The notes beneath the pieces are model-generated. The model did no database searches. It was not told where the DNA came from and saw nothing but the letters and a program-made list of their open reading frames with translations. The translations under genes were made by a program, and so were the position numbers. Below, piece after piece: positions 37,928-48,160 of a stretch of 64,000 nt of DNA (position 1 is its first letter; every line of letters begins with the position of its first letter). This DNA comes from a virus: the IMG/VR virus record IMGVR_UViG_3300044825_001015, positions 40,845 to 104,844 of that record, one strand, 5' to 3'.

Positions 37928-38914
37928 GTGAAGAGTATATTTGTTTCTGTAGTTTCTTTTAATGAACCTTTTTTAAAAGAGACTATTTTAAGTGCAATAA
38001 AAAAATCTAGTAAGCCAGAAAGAATATACTTTGGTGTTGTAGAACAACGTACTGACTCAAACTTTGCAGACCTAAAAGAAATAAAAAATGTAAAGCATAT
38101 TTCTATGCAAGTAGGAGGCCCACTTGGAGTAGGCATTCCAAGAAAACTAAGCATGGAACTTCTAGATAATCAAGATTACTGTCTAATCATAGATTCTCAT
38201 ATGATTTTTAATGACAACTGGGACGAAAATATAATCAGAAGAATAAAGCACATAAGTAAAATTTATTCTGAAAAAGTTATTATATCTCAGCATTTACCAG
38301 TATTAGATGTAGATGATAATAATTTAGTTTTATATCCAGAAAAGAAAAAAGACACACCATGTTATTTAAAATTTGATGGAATATTTATTGATGACATTCC
38401 AATACCAAATGGTCATGAATTTTATCAGCAGTACGCACTCACATGCCACTATTTGTTTTCACTTTCAAAATCCTTCAAGGAAGTAGTGTTTGATCCACGA
38501 ATATTTTATTTCGCAGAAGAGTCATCCTTAGCGATGAGATTTATAACTAGAGGATATAAAATATTTTCTACGAGATATTTCCCTATGTTTCATCTACAAA
38601 AAACAAATGGTAAAAAAATTAAAAGTTGGCAGACATTAAATGGAACATCAAGGCTTCAAGACGATATTGAAATAGTTTATAGTATATTTTCGGGCAAGGA
38701 AATAGGTGTATGGGGGGCACCGTCAAAATGTAGGTTAGATGATTTTTTGGCGGAATCTAGGCTAGACATATCATATTATATGTCTGGGGTAGACCATGAT
38801 TTAGATATAAATAAGCAAATAAGAAGTAAGATAGTAGACATGTTTGATAATGGTAATGATTTTTATGAAAACCTATATCAAAATTTTATTCCAGCAATAA
38901 GGAGTCCTAAATGA
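37928..38914 (+). CDS. GlcNAc transferase, GT60-like (Skp1-hydroxyproline GlcNAc-transferase family)
   Basis: SIFVSVVS..PERIYFGVVEQ..LIIDSHMIF..WDE; EE motif. Confidence 0.75.
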   Translation: MKSIFVSVVSFNEPFLKETILSAIKKSSKPERIYFGVVEQRTDSNFADLKEIKNVKHISMQVGGPLGVGIPRKLSMELLDNQDYCLIIDSHMIFNDNWDENIIRRIKHISKIYSEKVIISQHLPVLDVDDNNLVLYPEKKKDTPCYLKFDGIFIDDIPIPNGHEFYQQYALTCHYLFSLSKSFKEVVFDPRIFYFAEESSLAMRFITRGYKIFSTRYFPMFHLQKTNGKKIKSWQTLNGTSRLQDDIEIVYSIFSGKEIGVWGAPSKCRLDDFLAESRLDISYYMSGVDHDLDINKQIRSKIVDMFDNGNDFYENLYQNFIPAIRSPK

Positions 38915-40590
38915 AGGTTTTAGGGTTGTCTCCGTTTCATGATGCTGGCGCAGTCCTAGTAGAAGACGGGTTTGTAAAAAAATATTTTAAAGAAGAAAGA
39001 CTTAATAGAATAAAAAGAAGTTCCTGTCCAGAATTATCTATAGAGAAATGTTTAGAGGGCGTAGAAGAAGTTGAATTATTTTCATACTCTGCAGCGACAC
39101 ACAGATTATCATTCGCAAAAAGAGATGAAGATTTATCTTATAAGTTTCTACATTGGCAAGATGCCGTTAAAAAGCATTCAAAATTAATAGATTCAATAGA
39201 TTTATCTAGAATGCATCATCTCCAGCACGCATCCACTTCATTTTATAATAGCGGGTTTAGTGATGCTGCTGTCATAGTTGTCGATGGTAGAGGCTCTAAC
39301 TTTGGAACTATAGTAGAAACAGAAACAATATTTTATGCAGAGTATCCAGATATTTTTACTCCTGTATATAAAGCATATGAAAAAACATTTAGATTTAATA
39401 AAGAAGATGTAGATCGGGAAAGAAAAAGGCTTCCAGATTGTGAAATAAAAGTATCTTCTAATTTAGGAATAACTCACCTATACTGCACGGCAACACATTT
39501 GATTAATGAATCATTCTTAGAAAATGGAAAGACTATGGGCCTTTCCGCGTATGGAGATGCTAGCATTAATTACGAGCCGCTACTCTTGGAGGGAGAAGCC
39601 CTAGTAGATCCAGGCAAATTTATTATTTTTGAAACTCCAGAATTAGCAGAATCACCGCTTGAAGTTATTTATCATAAAGACTATGTAGGTAAACAAAATA
39701 TTGTAACTAAAGAAAACTATCATATTTATGCTAATTATGCTTTACATGTTCAAAAAGAAACAGAACGTGCATTAGAAATATTAGTAAATAAGGCAATAGA
39801 AAAAACTGGTAGTAAAAACATATGTTTGGCAGGAGGCTATGGACTTAATATAGTTAATAATTTAAAGTTGCTTCAAAAGTTTCCTGGGGTAAAGTTTTAT
39901 TTCGATCCAATGTCTGATGACGGAGGTACTTCAATCGGTGGAGCAATGATTGCTTATAGATCTGTAACTAAGGATCGTGAACCGAAACCTATTAAAAATA
40001 ATTTTATACATGGGATAGATCATGATATAAGTAATATAAAGGGTACCAGCGTTTCAGAAAAAGATATTGCTAAAATAATTTATTCTGGAAATATAGTAGC
40101 AATGTATTACGGTCTAGCGGAGGCTGGACCAAGGGCACTAGGAAATAGATCCATCTTGTTTGATCCTAGAATAAAAAATGGAAAAGATATAATTAATGTA
40201 GTAAAAAAAAGAGAGTGGTATAGGCCATTTGCTGCCTCTATGCTAGAGGAAGATGCCACTAGGTACTTTGACTACATTGATAATATTGGTTATGAATACA
40301 TGCTAGTTAATGCAATAGCAAAGCCAGATACTAAAGACATAATCCCCTCCGTTATTCATGAAGATGGATCATGTAGAATACATATAGTAAAAGATACTAG
40401 CCACCCACTATTTAAATTACTTACAAGTTTTAAAGAAATAACTGGCATCGGAGTTCTTCTTAATACAAGTTTCAACCTTGCTGGAGAGCCACTTATTGAA
40501 ACTCCACAGGAAGCAATCGGCACCTGGAAGATTTCAGATATAGATTGTTTATGGTTTCCAAAGATACAAACTGCTCTAATAAAAACATGA
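38911..40590 (+). CDS. Carbamoyltransferase (NodU/CmcH/TobZ family)
   Basis: HDAG, EERLNR, HHLQHA, GKTMGLSAYG, EAGPRALGNRS, KKREWYRPFA, LNTSFN. Confidence 0.92.
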   Translation: MKVLGLSPFHDAGAVLVEDGFVKKYFKEERLNRIKRSSCPELSIEKCLEGVEEVELFSYSAATHRLSFAKRDEDLSYKFLHWQDAVKKHSKLIDSIDLSRMHHLQHASTSFYNSGFSDAAVIVVDGRGSNFGTIVETETIFYAEYPDIFTPVYKAYEKTFRFNKEDVDRERKRLPDCEIKVSSNLGITHLYCTATHLINESFLENGKTMGLSAYGDASINYEPLLLEGEALVDPGKFIIFETPELAESPLEVIYHKDYVGKQNIVTKENYHIYANYALHVQKETERALEILVNKAIEKTGSKNICLAGGYGLNIVNNLKLLQKFPGVKFYFDPMSDDGGTSIGGAMIAYRSVTKDREPKPIKNNFIHGIDHDISNIKGTSVSEKDIAKIIYSGNIVAMYYGLAEAGPRALGNRSILFDPRIKNGKDIINVVKKREWYRPFAASMLEEDATRYFDYIDNIGYEYMLVNAIAKPDTKDIIPSVIHEDGSCRIHIVKDTSHPLFKLLTSFKEITGIGVLLNTSFNLAGEPLIETPQEAIGTWKISDIDCLWFPKIQTALIKT

Positions 40591-40609
40591 TTGCTGGTAT
40601 AATTGTAAT

Positions 40610-40975
40610 ATGGAACTCTATGATGAATTAACAGAAGAAGAAAAAGCATATCATGATGCAATGGTTTCTATTGCAGAAAGATTTGGCCCGTTTGACCAGG
40701 GAACATCAAGTATTTGGGTTGGATATGAAGGCCCAGAAGACAATGAAGATGCTCAAATTGGTGTTAAGTGTGCTAATTGCTCCCTGCATATTGAGAGAGA
40801 AGACGGTCAATTAGGATGTGCTATCCTTTCTTATCTAGTTCATCCAGAAGCAAAGTGCCGCTTGGCAGCAATTCCAGATGGCTATGTAAATGCATCAATG
40901 GATGATGAAGATGATGATCCAAATGACGACGATGATATGATGGGCAAATTCTGGGGCGGATCTTTTCTTAAATGA
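40610..40975 (+). CDS. Acidic 4-Cys protein with C-terminal KFWGGSFL motif
   Basis: CANC..C..C; leaderless after TGGTATAAT. Confidence 0.6.
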   Translation: MELYDELTEEEKAYHDAMVSIAERFGPFDQGTSSIWVGYEGPEDNEDAQIGVKCANCSLHIEREDGQLGCAILSYLVHPEAKCRLAAIPDGYVNASMDDEDDDPNDDDDMMGKFWGGSFLK

Positions 40976-41262
40976 ATAATGTAATTACCACGGAGACAAT
41001 CCGTGGCGGAGGTGGCGGAATAAAGAATCCAGACCACTCAGATGGTAAAATAAAAATAGGTAAATCTCCGCTTAAAGTTCGTCGCGGGAAGAAGTAGTGT
41101 TCACTTTTTATTGCTTAGTTAAACACAATGGTAACTACTACCTCAGACCTTACATTACTTTGTATAATAATATGATTGAAATTGTAAATTATCCAAAATC
41201 GTTGACCATATCGTAATATTCCGGTATAATAGAATTCATGTTGCCGCCACAAGGAGGTCAAT

Positions 41263-41877
41263 ATGACGACAATAAACCGATTTGGTGCTGCATTAGTATC
41301 AACAGTAACAGTATTATCAATGCTACTAATCTCTCCAAACCTGGCGTATGCTAAGTCTACGCCTTTGGCGGAAGGTACGGGTAACTTTGCCACCGCTGAT
41401 ACATTAGAAAGAAGGGCAATAACAGATAGAAACTGGACTTTGCCATCTAACTGTAATGATAAGCAGGCAAAGATACTATTTAAGGCGGGTTTTAATAGAC
41501 CTGGAATGCTAAGAGGAGCCTGGGCAATTACCTGGCGTGAATCTAAGCACCAGAATCTTTCCGAAAGCAGTCCTTGGTATTCAGGTGCGTTGGGTACTTG
41601 GCAAATTCAAACAAGTGCCTGGTCAGGAAAATCCTGGTGGTCTAGGGATAATATGCTAGACAAAGATAAGCAATCAGAAATTGTAAGAAAGCATTTCCTT
41701 AATGATGGTATGCATAATTGGGGATATGACTATTCATTTAAAAATGACTCATGGCATGAAGATGCAGGAATGTATTATTCACTATGGGGTTCTGGACTAA
41801 CGTATTCATGGGTAATCGCACCATTCAATACTGGATGGTCGTTGTTCCCAAAGAAATGTACACCTGAAAAGATTTAA
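41263..41877 (+). CDS. Secreted lysozyme-like / lytic transglycosylase
   Basis: Signal peptide (AYA); WAITWRES catalytic Glu; GTWQI; AAGGAGG SD. Confidence 0.7.
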   Translation: MTTINRFGAALVSTVTVLSMLLISPNLAYAKSTPLAEGTGNFATADTLERRAITDRNWTLPSNCNDKQAKILFKAGFNRPGMLRGAWAITWRESKHQNLSESSPWYSGALGTWQIQTSAWSGKSWWSRDNMLDKDKQSEIVRKHFLNDGMHNWGYDYSFKNDSWHEDAGMYYSLWGSGLTYSWVIAPFNTGWSLFPKKCTPEKI

Positions 41878-41930
41878 ATGATAGAATTATATTCTAGGCG
41901 CAAATAAAATTGCGGCAACAGCCTAGGATC

Positions 41931-42003
41931 GCCACAGTAACTCAGTTGGTAGAGTACCCGCCTTGTAAGCGGAAAGTCATCGGTTCGAATCCGATCTGTG
42001 GCT
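41931..42003 (+). tRNA. trnT: tRNA-Thr (UGU)
   Basis: GCCACAG/CTGTGGC, loop CT-TGT-AA. Confidence 0.92.
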
Positions 42004-42004
42004 C

Positions 42005-42322
42005 ATGGACTATAGTAATGAAGAAATAGAACACTTCATGAACTATTTAGAAGATGAAGGCGTTCTTGAATGGGTAGGTATGAGTGACGATGGAGAAAGA
42101 ACGTTCGTCTTTAATTTTGAAAAGATGTACTTTGTTTTCCCAGAACTATATCATGCGATGATGGAAGAATTAAATAAAGAGTTGTTAAATCTTTACGACC
42201 TAGGGTTAGTTACTATAGAATACGATACAAATCTGCAGGCAAAATTTAGAATAACAGATGCTGGTAAAAAATATTTAGAAGAAAATGGTGTTCCAATACC
42301 AGAAGATTGGGAAGACGAGTGA
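42005..42322 (+). CDS. Winged-helix-like acidic protein
   Basis: LYDLGLV...FRITDAGKKYL. Confidence 0.55.
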   Translation: MDYSNEEIEHFMNYLEDEGVLEWVGMSDDGERTFVFNFEKMYFVFPELYHAMMEELNKELLNLYDLGLVTIEYDTNLQAKFRITDAGKKYLEENGVPIPEDWEDE

Positions 42323-43023
42323 GAAAAGTACTAACAAAGGAATACATCGAAAACCTTGGCTATGAGGTAGAAGAAATAAGTTATAGAATCTTTTTAGTAA
42401 AAAATTTTCTTACTGATGCAGAATCAAATAAATTAGTTAAAATAGGTAGACAGTCTAGTGATGAAGAATGGTCCTTTCATTACATGAATGGTGTCAGAGA
42501 GATGGCGCTATCAAAGTTCGGTAGAACAGATTTAGATAACTTAGTTGCAGAAGGACTATACGAAATAACTCATAATTGGATAGATAAGACCCTTCCAATT
42601 AAAGATGATAATTTAAGAATAAGCCTAGACAAGAGATGCCAAAGATTGTTTGACTTTGTAGATGATCTGCAATTCAAAGGATGCGGAACTATTCAGAGAC
42701 AATATGATGGTGTTCCACTAAAAGATCATGTTGACAATCATACAGATCCATCACTAGAATATGCAGTAGTTTTTTATCTGAATGACGACTATACTAATGG
42801 TGAAGTGTTTTTTGTAAATCAAGAAATACAGATGCGTCCTCCAAAAAATTCTCTTTTAATATTTCCAACATCAGAAGAATGGAGACATGGGGTAAATGCC
42901 CCAGGGCCAGGGCCACATAGATATGTGATCCCAGGATTTGTTGAGGTAAGAGATTTCTGGAAAAAGCATGAAGAGAATGGGTATAATTTAGAGGTAACGT
43001 TGAGCGAACTTAAAGGAGATTAA
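42319..43023 (+). CDS. 2OG-Fe(II) oxygenase, prolyl-4-hydroxylase-like
   Basis: HVD..YLNDDYTNGE..HGV..R. Confidence 0.85.
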   Translation: MRKVLTKEYIENLGYEVEEISYRIFLVKNFLTDAESNKLVKIGRQSSDEEWSFHYMNGVREMALSKFGRTDLDNLVAEGLYEITHNWIDKTLPIKDDNLRISLDKRCQRLFDFVDDLQFKGCGTIQRQYDGVPLKDHVDNHTDPSLEYAVVFYLNDDYTNGEVFFVNQEIQMRPPKNSLLIFPTSEEWRHGVNAPGPGPHRYVIPGFVEVRDFWKKHEENGYNLEVTLSELKGD

Positions 43024-43025
43024 TT

Positions 43026-43550
43026 ATGTCTAAGAATGTAATTGATTACTACAAGGAGTGGGAGACAGATCAGATTAAGGCTGATCTAGACACCCGTCGC
43101 CTTCCATTTATTGTAGGGTTTGAGAATCTTTCTGGAGATTTTAATAAGGCTACTGGAGTTCGTAATGCAAATGCATTCATGGCTAAGGAATGCTGGATTA
43201 TTGGAAATAAGAAGTGGGATAAGCGTGGTGCCGTTGGAACACAGCACTATAATCATTTGAAGTATGCACCTAATCTAGATAATATTTATCTACATGAGCA
43301 TCAGGTTCGTGGTGCTAGATGGGTGGCTATCGATAATGTTCCAGGCGCTATTCCAATTACTTCATATGAGTGGAAACCAGATACATTTATGATATTTGGT
43401 GAGGAGCAAAGAGGACTCAGCCCCATGGCACTTGGTATGGCAGATGACATTGTTTATATTCCACAACTAGGAAGTGTTAGAAGTCTAAACGTGGGTACTG
43501 CTAGCGGCATAGTTATGTATGACTATGTGAGCAAACTAGGCATGATATAA
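43026..43550 (+). CDS. SpoU/TrmH-family RNA 2'-O-methyltransferase
   Basis: FGEEQRGLS..IPQLGSVRSLNVGTASGI. Confidence 0.88.
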   Translation: MSKNVIDYYKEWETDQIKADLDTRRLPFIVGFENLSGDFNKATGVRNANAFMAKECWIIGNKKWDKRGAVGTQHYNHLKYAPNLDNIYLHEHQVRGARWVAIDNVPGAIPITSYEWKPDTFMIFGEEQRGLSPMALGMADDIVYIPQLGSVRSLNVGTASGIVMYDYVSKLGMI

Positions 43551-43582
43551 TTATATTTAAGAGAACAAAGAAAAGGATAAAA

Positions 43583-43918
43583 ATGGATAACAATATTAAT
43601 AAGTCTGTATGGTCTGGTGTATTTTTCCCAGCAGACGAACCTGAGCAAGTTAGTTTACCAGCAGAAGAGCCTCAAAACGCCCCTCTTGATACAGCAGATG
43701 TTGTAGAAACCAATTTTGAAGTAGAGCGTCAAGACATTTCTGAGGATACTTCAGTAACTAATGAAGTTGAAGACACCCCTGCTATTGAAACTGTAGATGA
43801 AGTTGAAGAGCAGATAGTAGAATTGTCAGATGTTGAATCAGAACCTGTTCAGCAAACAGCGGCTACTGAAGATGTTGCAGTTGAAAATGTAGAAGTTTCA
43901 GAAACAGTTTCTGAGTAA
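43583..43918 (+). CDS. Highly acidic low-complexity protein with N-terminal KSVWSGVF motif
   Basis: E/V/T-rich; promoter and SD upstream. Confidence 0.6.
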   Translation: MDNNINKSVWSGVFFPADEPEQVSLPAEEPQNAPLDTADVVETNFEVERQDISEDTSVTNEVEDTPAIETVDEVEEQIVELSDVESEPVQQTAATEDVAVENVEVSETVSE

Positions 43919-43933
43919 TTTTACGGAGAAATA

Positions 43934-44326
43934 ATGAGAGTTTTAGTAAGTGGCAGCCGTAATTGGGTTGACTACAATGAAATCATGCGTAAGATGACAG
44001 TCACACTTGATGAGTGGGTTTCAACAAATCCATCAGATAGGAAGATTACATTTGTGCATACAGCATCTTCTCCTGCTGAAAATATGATTACTGAATATAT
44101 TGGCAAGGTAGAAAAATTAATTAAGCAAAAGGGTTACACTATATCAGAGCAATTGTTTAAGCCAAAGCGCGGTGAGCAATGGCAGGGAAGACTATCTATT
44201 GATGATATTTCAAAGATGGAAGTAGACAAGGCAATAATGTTCATCAGAGACTCTTGCAAAAAGACACAGAATATTGCTAATATTACTAGTGCAATGGGTA
44301 TTCCTACGGATATTGTGAAAGGGTGA
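43934..44326 (+). CDS. SLOG / DUF2493-like protein
   Basis: MRVLVSGSRNW. Confidence 0.6.
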   Translation: MRVLVSGSRNWVDYNEIMRKMTVTLDEWVSTNPSDRKITFVHTASSPAENMITEYIGKVEKLIKQKGYTISEQLFKPKRGEQWQGRLSIDDISKMEVDKAIMFIRDSCKKTQNIANITSAMGIPTDIVKG

Positions 44327-44380
44327 TGATGATGCCAAAAGGAGATCTTTTCTCGTCTATCGCGTCGTGACCAGAACTAC

Positions 44381-44701
44381 TTGGACTTGGCGCTAAACGT
44401 AGCGCAGTCGTCGGAATGTAGAATGAAGCACGGTGCAGTAATTGTAAAGGGTGGAAGAGTGATTAGCGTAGGTATTAATAAGAATAGAAACCATCCTACC
44501 GTTGTTTCATCAGAACATATCAAGACGCATTGCTCTGTACATGCAGAAATCGATGCATTGCGTAAGGTAAAGAATCCTAAGGGGGCTACGATTTATGTAG
44601 CCCGTGTAAATAAGCGAGGACAGGATAGACTTTCCCGCCCCTGTGATCGCTGCCACAAGGCAATTAACGAGGCGGGAATCAGGAAAGTAGTTTATACATG
44701 A
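44381..44701 (+). CDS. Cytidine/dCMP-type deaminase
   Basis: HGAVIV..HAEIDAL..SRPCDRC. Confidence 0.85.
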   Translation: MDLALNVAQSSECRMKHGAVIVKGGRVISVGINKNRNHPTVVSSEHIKTHCSVHAEIDALRKVKNPKGATIYVARVNKRGQDRLSRPCDRCHKAINEAGIRKVVYT

Positions 44702-44818
44702 GCGATATTAGAAATATAGAAGCACTTCTAGATGGTATTAAAGAAGAACTGTCAAGAATACGGATTGTTCTTGAACAGGATGCGTACAAGAAATCAATGA
44801 TTCTACAGAAGGCAAAAG

Positions 44819-45052
44819 ATGAAAACAATAACACTAAACTATTCTGAGGCACACGATTTTGTCGCCAAGAATTCACATCGTGGATATTTCTGGAACGGAT
44901 GGGATATTCATCGGTGGGTTCCCAATGCATCTGGATATATGTCTAAGGACGGGGAATTCAGAAATGATAGGTGGGGCATGAAGTTTACCTTCCCCGTGTC
45001 TCACGATGGAACTTGGAAGGTTAAGGTTCCTGATAATGTCCAATATAATTGA
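44819..45052 (+). CDS. Hypothetical Trp-rich protein
   Basis: FWNGWDI; operon packing. Confidence 0.55.
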   Translation: MKTITLNYSEAHDFVAKNSHRGYFWNGWDIHRWVPNASGYMSKDGEFRNDRWGMKFTFPVSHDGTWKVKVPDNVQYN

Positions 45053-45371
45053 GCAATTAGGTTTAGATCCAGAAAATGTAAAATGGTATCAACTTTCCGC
45101 ATGTGTTGGAATGGACATAAACTTATTTTACGATGATTATGAAACAGATAAGCACATTGCATCACAAGTAGATGAGGTATGCCTTCATTGTCCAGTTGTA
45201 AAACAATGCTATAATGAAGGTACCTCTAACAAAGAGCGTGGCGTATGGGGTGGCGTCTACTTAGATTTAGGAAGAGTAGATAAAGAGCATAACTCCCATA
45301 AAACTCAGGAAGTGTGGAAGAACTTAAAGAGAATACATGGATCAGGTATTTTACACAAAAGAGATGGCTAA
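45036..45371 (+). CDS. whiB: WhiB-family transcription factor
   Basis: W..SAC..F..CLHCPV..C..GVWGG. Confidence 0.88.
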   Translation: MSNIIEQLGLDPENVKWYQLSACVGMDINLFYDDYETDKHIASQVDEVCLHCPVVKQCYNEGTSNKERGVWGGVYLDLGRVDKEHNSHKTQEVWKNLKRIHGSGILHKRDG

Positions 45372-46002
45372 TGCCATAAGGCAAATCAAGCCACCGTTCA
45401 AAGGCATAATTATAGACATTAGAAAAAGACCAAATTATATTGCTTTAGTTATTCATGAAAACAATATTATGGAATTTTCGGAGTCTAAGCGTATGCAAAT
45501 AATGGATTATCTACTTCAGATGCGTGCCATGGTACAGAACTTTGGCGTAAGATGCGAAATAGAAGGCATAAAGTATGACAAGTAGGTCAATACATCACTT
45601 TATAGTTTATATTCCACATGAAGAATGTTATGGAATGACAAAATCTATGGGAGCATTTGCAAGTTTAGTTAAATACAATAAGGGCGGGATGGACTATGAA
45701 GTATTCATCCTTAATGAAGAACTTATATTTTTAGAAGATATTTCAATAGGATTAGAGGAAGAAGAGTTTTAATGGTTTGTTATTCATGTAGCCATCCAAA
45801 GAACGAGTTGACCCCTAAGAAGTCAACTCTACTACCAGGCGTGAATTTGCTACTTTGTAAAAAGTGTATAGAATTAAGGTACGAGCCTAGATGGATTATT
45901 ATTCTCGCGGGAAGAAAGTTCGGGGCTACTTCTGTAAGGGATTATGTTGTAAAACATAGGTATGTTGGAAAAGAAATCTCTGCTAGCGAACTTATCGTGT
46001 AA
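45337..46002 (+). CDS. Three small hypothetical genes (45337-45585, 45575-45772, 45772-46002; the last is a Zn finger)
   Basis: Overlapping stop/start codons. Confidence 0.5.
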
Positions 46003-46249
46003 TAATCTATGCTCAGAAATTACTTCTGAAATAAACCATATAGTTCAAAAAATCCGAAGCGGTTCAGCAAATAATAATGATATAGGTCTGTGTAATAAAC
46101 TTGTTACATATTTATCTAATCTATTAGATAACTCCAAGAGTATAGATAGTACAGATAGATGGATTGCCAGAGAAACAATAGACATGTGTGAGTTTATTAA
46201 GACAAAGTATGATAGTAACTATATGAATGATAAAATATAGATATCATAC

Positions 46250-46576
46250 TTGTCTGGGGTGAAATCATTGGTAATTACTGACGCCATAATAATTGCTATT
46301 ATTGGTTTAATTGGTGCTGTTTTTACTGGTGGTGCCGCCAAACTATTTGATTATAGACTGAATAAAATCAAGCATGAGTTTGAGAAAAATGCACATATCA
46401 AGTCTATGGAGATTGAAGAATTAAAGATTCTTAAATTGGAACTAGAAAATAGAAAAGAAGAGATCAGAAAACTTGAAGAAGATCTAGATATGTGGAAGAA
46501 TAAGTACTATGAAATGCTTGAGCATCTAATAGAATTAAGGGCTAAGTTAAAGATAGGCGATACTGAGGAAAACTAA
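46250..46576 (+). CDS. Single-TM plus coiled-coil membrane protein
   Basis: IIIAIIGLIGAVF TM segment followed by heptads. Confidence 0.55.
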   Translation: MSGVKSLVITDAIIIAIIGLIGAVFTGGAAKLFDYRLNKIKHEFEKNAHIKSMEIEELKILKLELENRKEEIRKLEEDLDMWKNKYYEMLEHLIELRAKLKIGDTEEN

Positions 46577-47109
46577 TGACCTGTATAGTTGCATTAACTG
46601 ATGGTAAAAAAGTATACATGGGCGGCGATTCAGCAGCCGTAGAAGTAGACTCAAATTTTGTGTCATCTAGAATAGAGCCAAAGGTGTTTGTCACAGGAGA
46701 CTACATCATCGGATATTCTGGATCATTTAGATTTGGCAAAGTAGTAGAATACTCATGTGAATTGCCAAGACCAGAGTATAGAGATATCCATAAGTTTATG
46801 AATACTAAGTTTGTTAATGCCATTAGAGAAGCAGTTGAAGAAAACAAACTTGATAACTCAGAAGATAAAGATGCGGCGGAACTATTAATTGGATTACACG
46901 GTCACATTTTTGAATTAAATAGTGATTGGCATGTCGGGGAAGATAGTAATAGTTATAATGCAATAGGCTCAGGCTCATCGTTTGCCCTTGGATCTTTATT
47001 TTCTACTAGACGAATAAAAGATCCATATGCTAGAATAAAGATGGCATTGAATGCTTCTGAAGCATACTCGCCATACGTTCGTTCCCCATTTACTATACTG
47101 GAGAATTAA
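46576..47109 (+). CDS. Ntn-hydrolase, HslV/proteasome-beta-like peptidase
   Basis: MTCIVA (N-terminal Thr), GGDS, KVF, AIGSGSSFALG. Confidence 0.8.
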   Translation: MTCIVALTDGKKVYMGGDSAAVEVDSNFVSSRIEPKVFVTGDYIIGYSGSFRFGKVVEYSCELPRPEYRDIHKFMNTKFVNAIREAVEENKLDNSEDKDAAELLIGLHGHIFELNSDWHVGEDSNSYNAIGSGSSFALGSLFSTRRIKDPYARIKMALNASEAYSPYVRSPFTILEN

Positions 47110-47300
47110 TGCTAGATGCTAGAGGTCTTCCGACCCCAGAGTGCCCTAGTTGTGGAAGTTGGTTGCTTAAAGTAACCCTTAATTTTGATGAAGAATATAA
47201 TATAGTTTCATATTTACTTGACGGAGAGTGTGCCATGTGCGGCACACTTCTTACTGTACCTACTCCATTAGACCATCCAGACCATGAGGAGATGCTGTGA
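47109..47300 (+). CDS. Small Zn-ribbon protein
   Basis: CPSCG..CAMCG. Confidence 0.6.
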   Translation: MLDARGLPTPECPSCGSWLLKVTLNFDEEYNIVSYLLDGECAMCGTLLTVPTPLDHPDHEEML

Positions 47301-47752
47301 AAACCGCAGTAATATTCGATATGGACGGCACGCTTGCAGATGTATCGTCTATTCGTCATCATCTAACTAAATATGATGAGGGTAAGCGTAGGGTTATTAA
47401 GCATTTTAATAAATTTCATGCTGAATCAGTTAATGTTCCTCCACATAATCATGTAGTAAATGCTACCCAAGTCGCACATATGCTAGGACATGCGGTATTA
47501 GTTGTTACTGCAAGAAAGCATATGTGGAGAAATCAAACGGCATGGTGGCTAGCAATGCATAATGTTCCTAGTGATATGCTAATGATGCGCGGGGATGAAG
47601 ACAATCGTAAGGACTATGAGGTCAAGAAAGATATGCTTGACACTCTCCGTAAGGCATACGATATAATTCATGCATGGGATGATAATCCAAGTATTATCAA
47701 ACTATGGCAGGAAAATAATATTCCAACTACAGTAGTTCCAGGATGGGAGTGA
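47297..47752 (+). CDS. HAD phosphatase (polynucleotide 3'-phosphatase-like)
   Basis: FDMDGTL, VTAR, D..VK, WDDN. Confidence 0.85.
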   Translation: MKTAVIFDMDGTLADVSSIRHHLTKYDEGKRRVIKHFNKFHAESVNVPPHNHVVNATQVAHMLGHAVLVVTARKHMWRNQTAWWLAMHNVPSDMLMMRGDEDNRKDYEVKKDMLDTLRKAYDIIHAWDDNPSIIKLWQENNIPTTVVPGWE

Positions 47753-48160
47753 CCATGGACGGTATTGACGACTACTTTGAGATGAAGTTTCAGGATAAGT
47801 ACAATGACTACTAGTTCTGAATATGAAAAGAAGGCCATGCATTTTGCTGAAATTGGCATGTATGCAGCAGCACAGGTATTTGCTACACTAGCATTGGCAG
47901 CGGCGACTAGAGAAAGTAATTCATGACACACGACCCTCTATGCAACTATATGCCTGATGTTGCCGTTGATTATGGAGTTTGGGATAAAGGATATTCATGC
48001 CGATGTGAAATTATTTCTATGGTTAGAGAAGATATAGCATATAAAATAATTCAGTATGCAAATGATACACATATTCCACATAGTCCTCAAACTGCATGTC
48101 AGAGATGCGATATAGTTGCTGCCTATAACTTCGCCGCTAAAATAGCATATGGAGAATATA

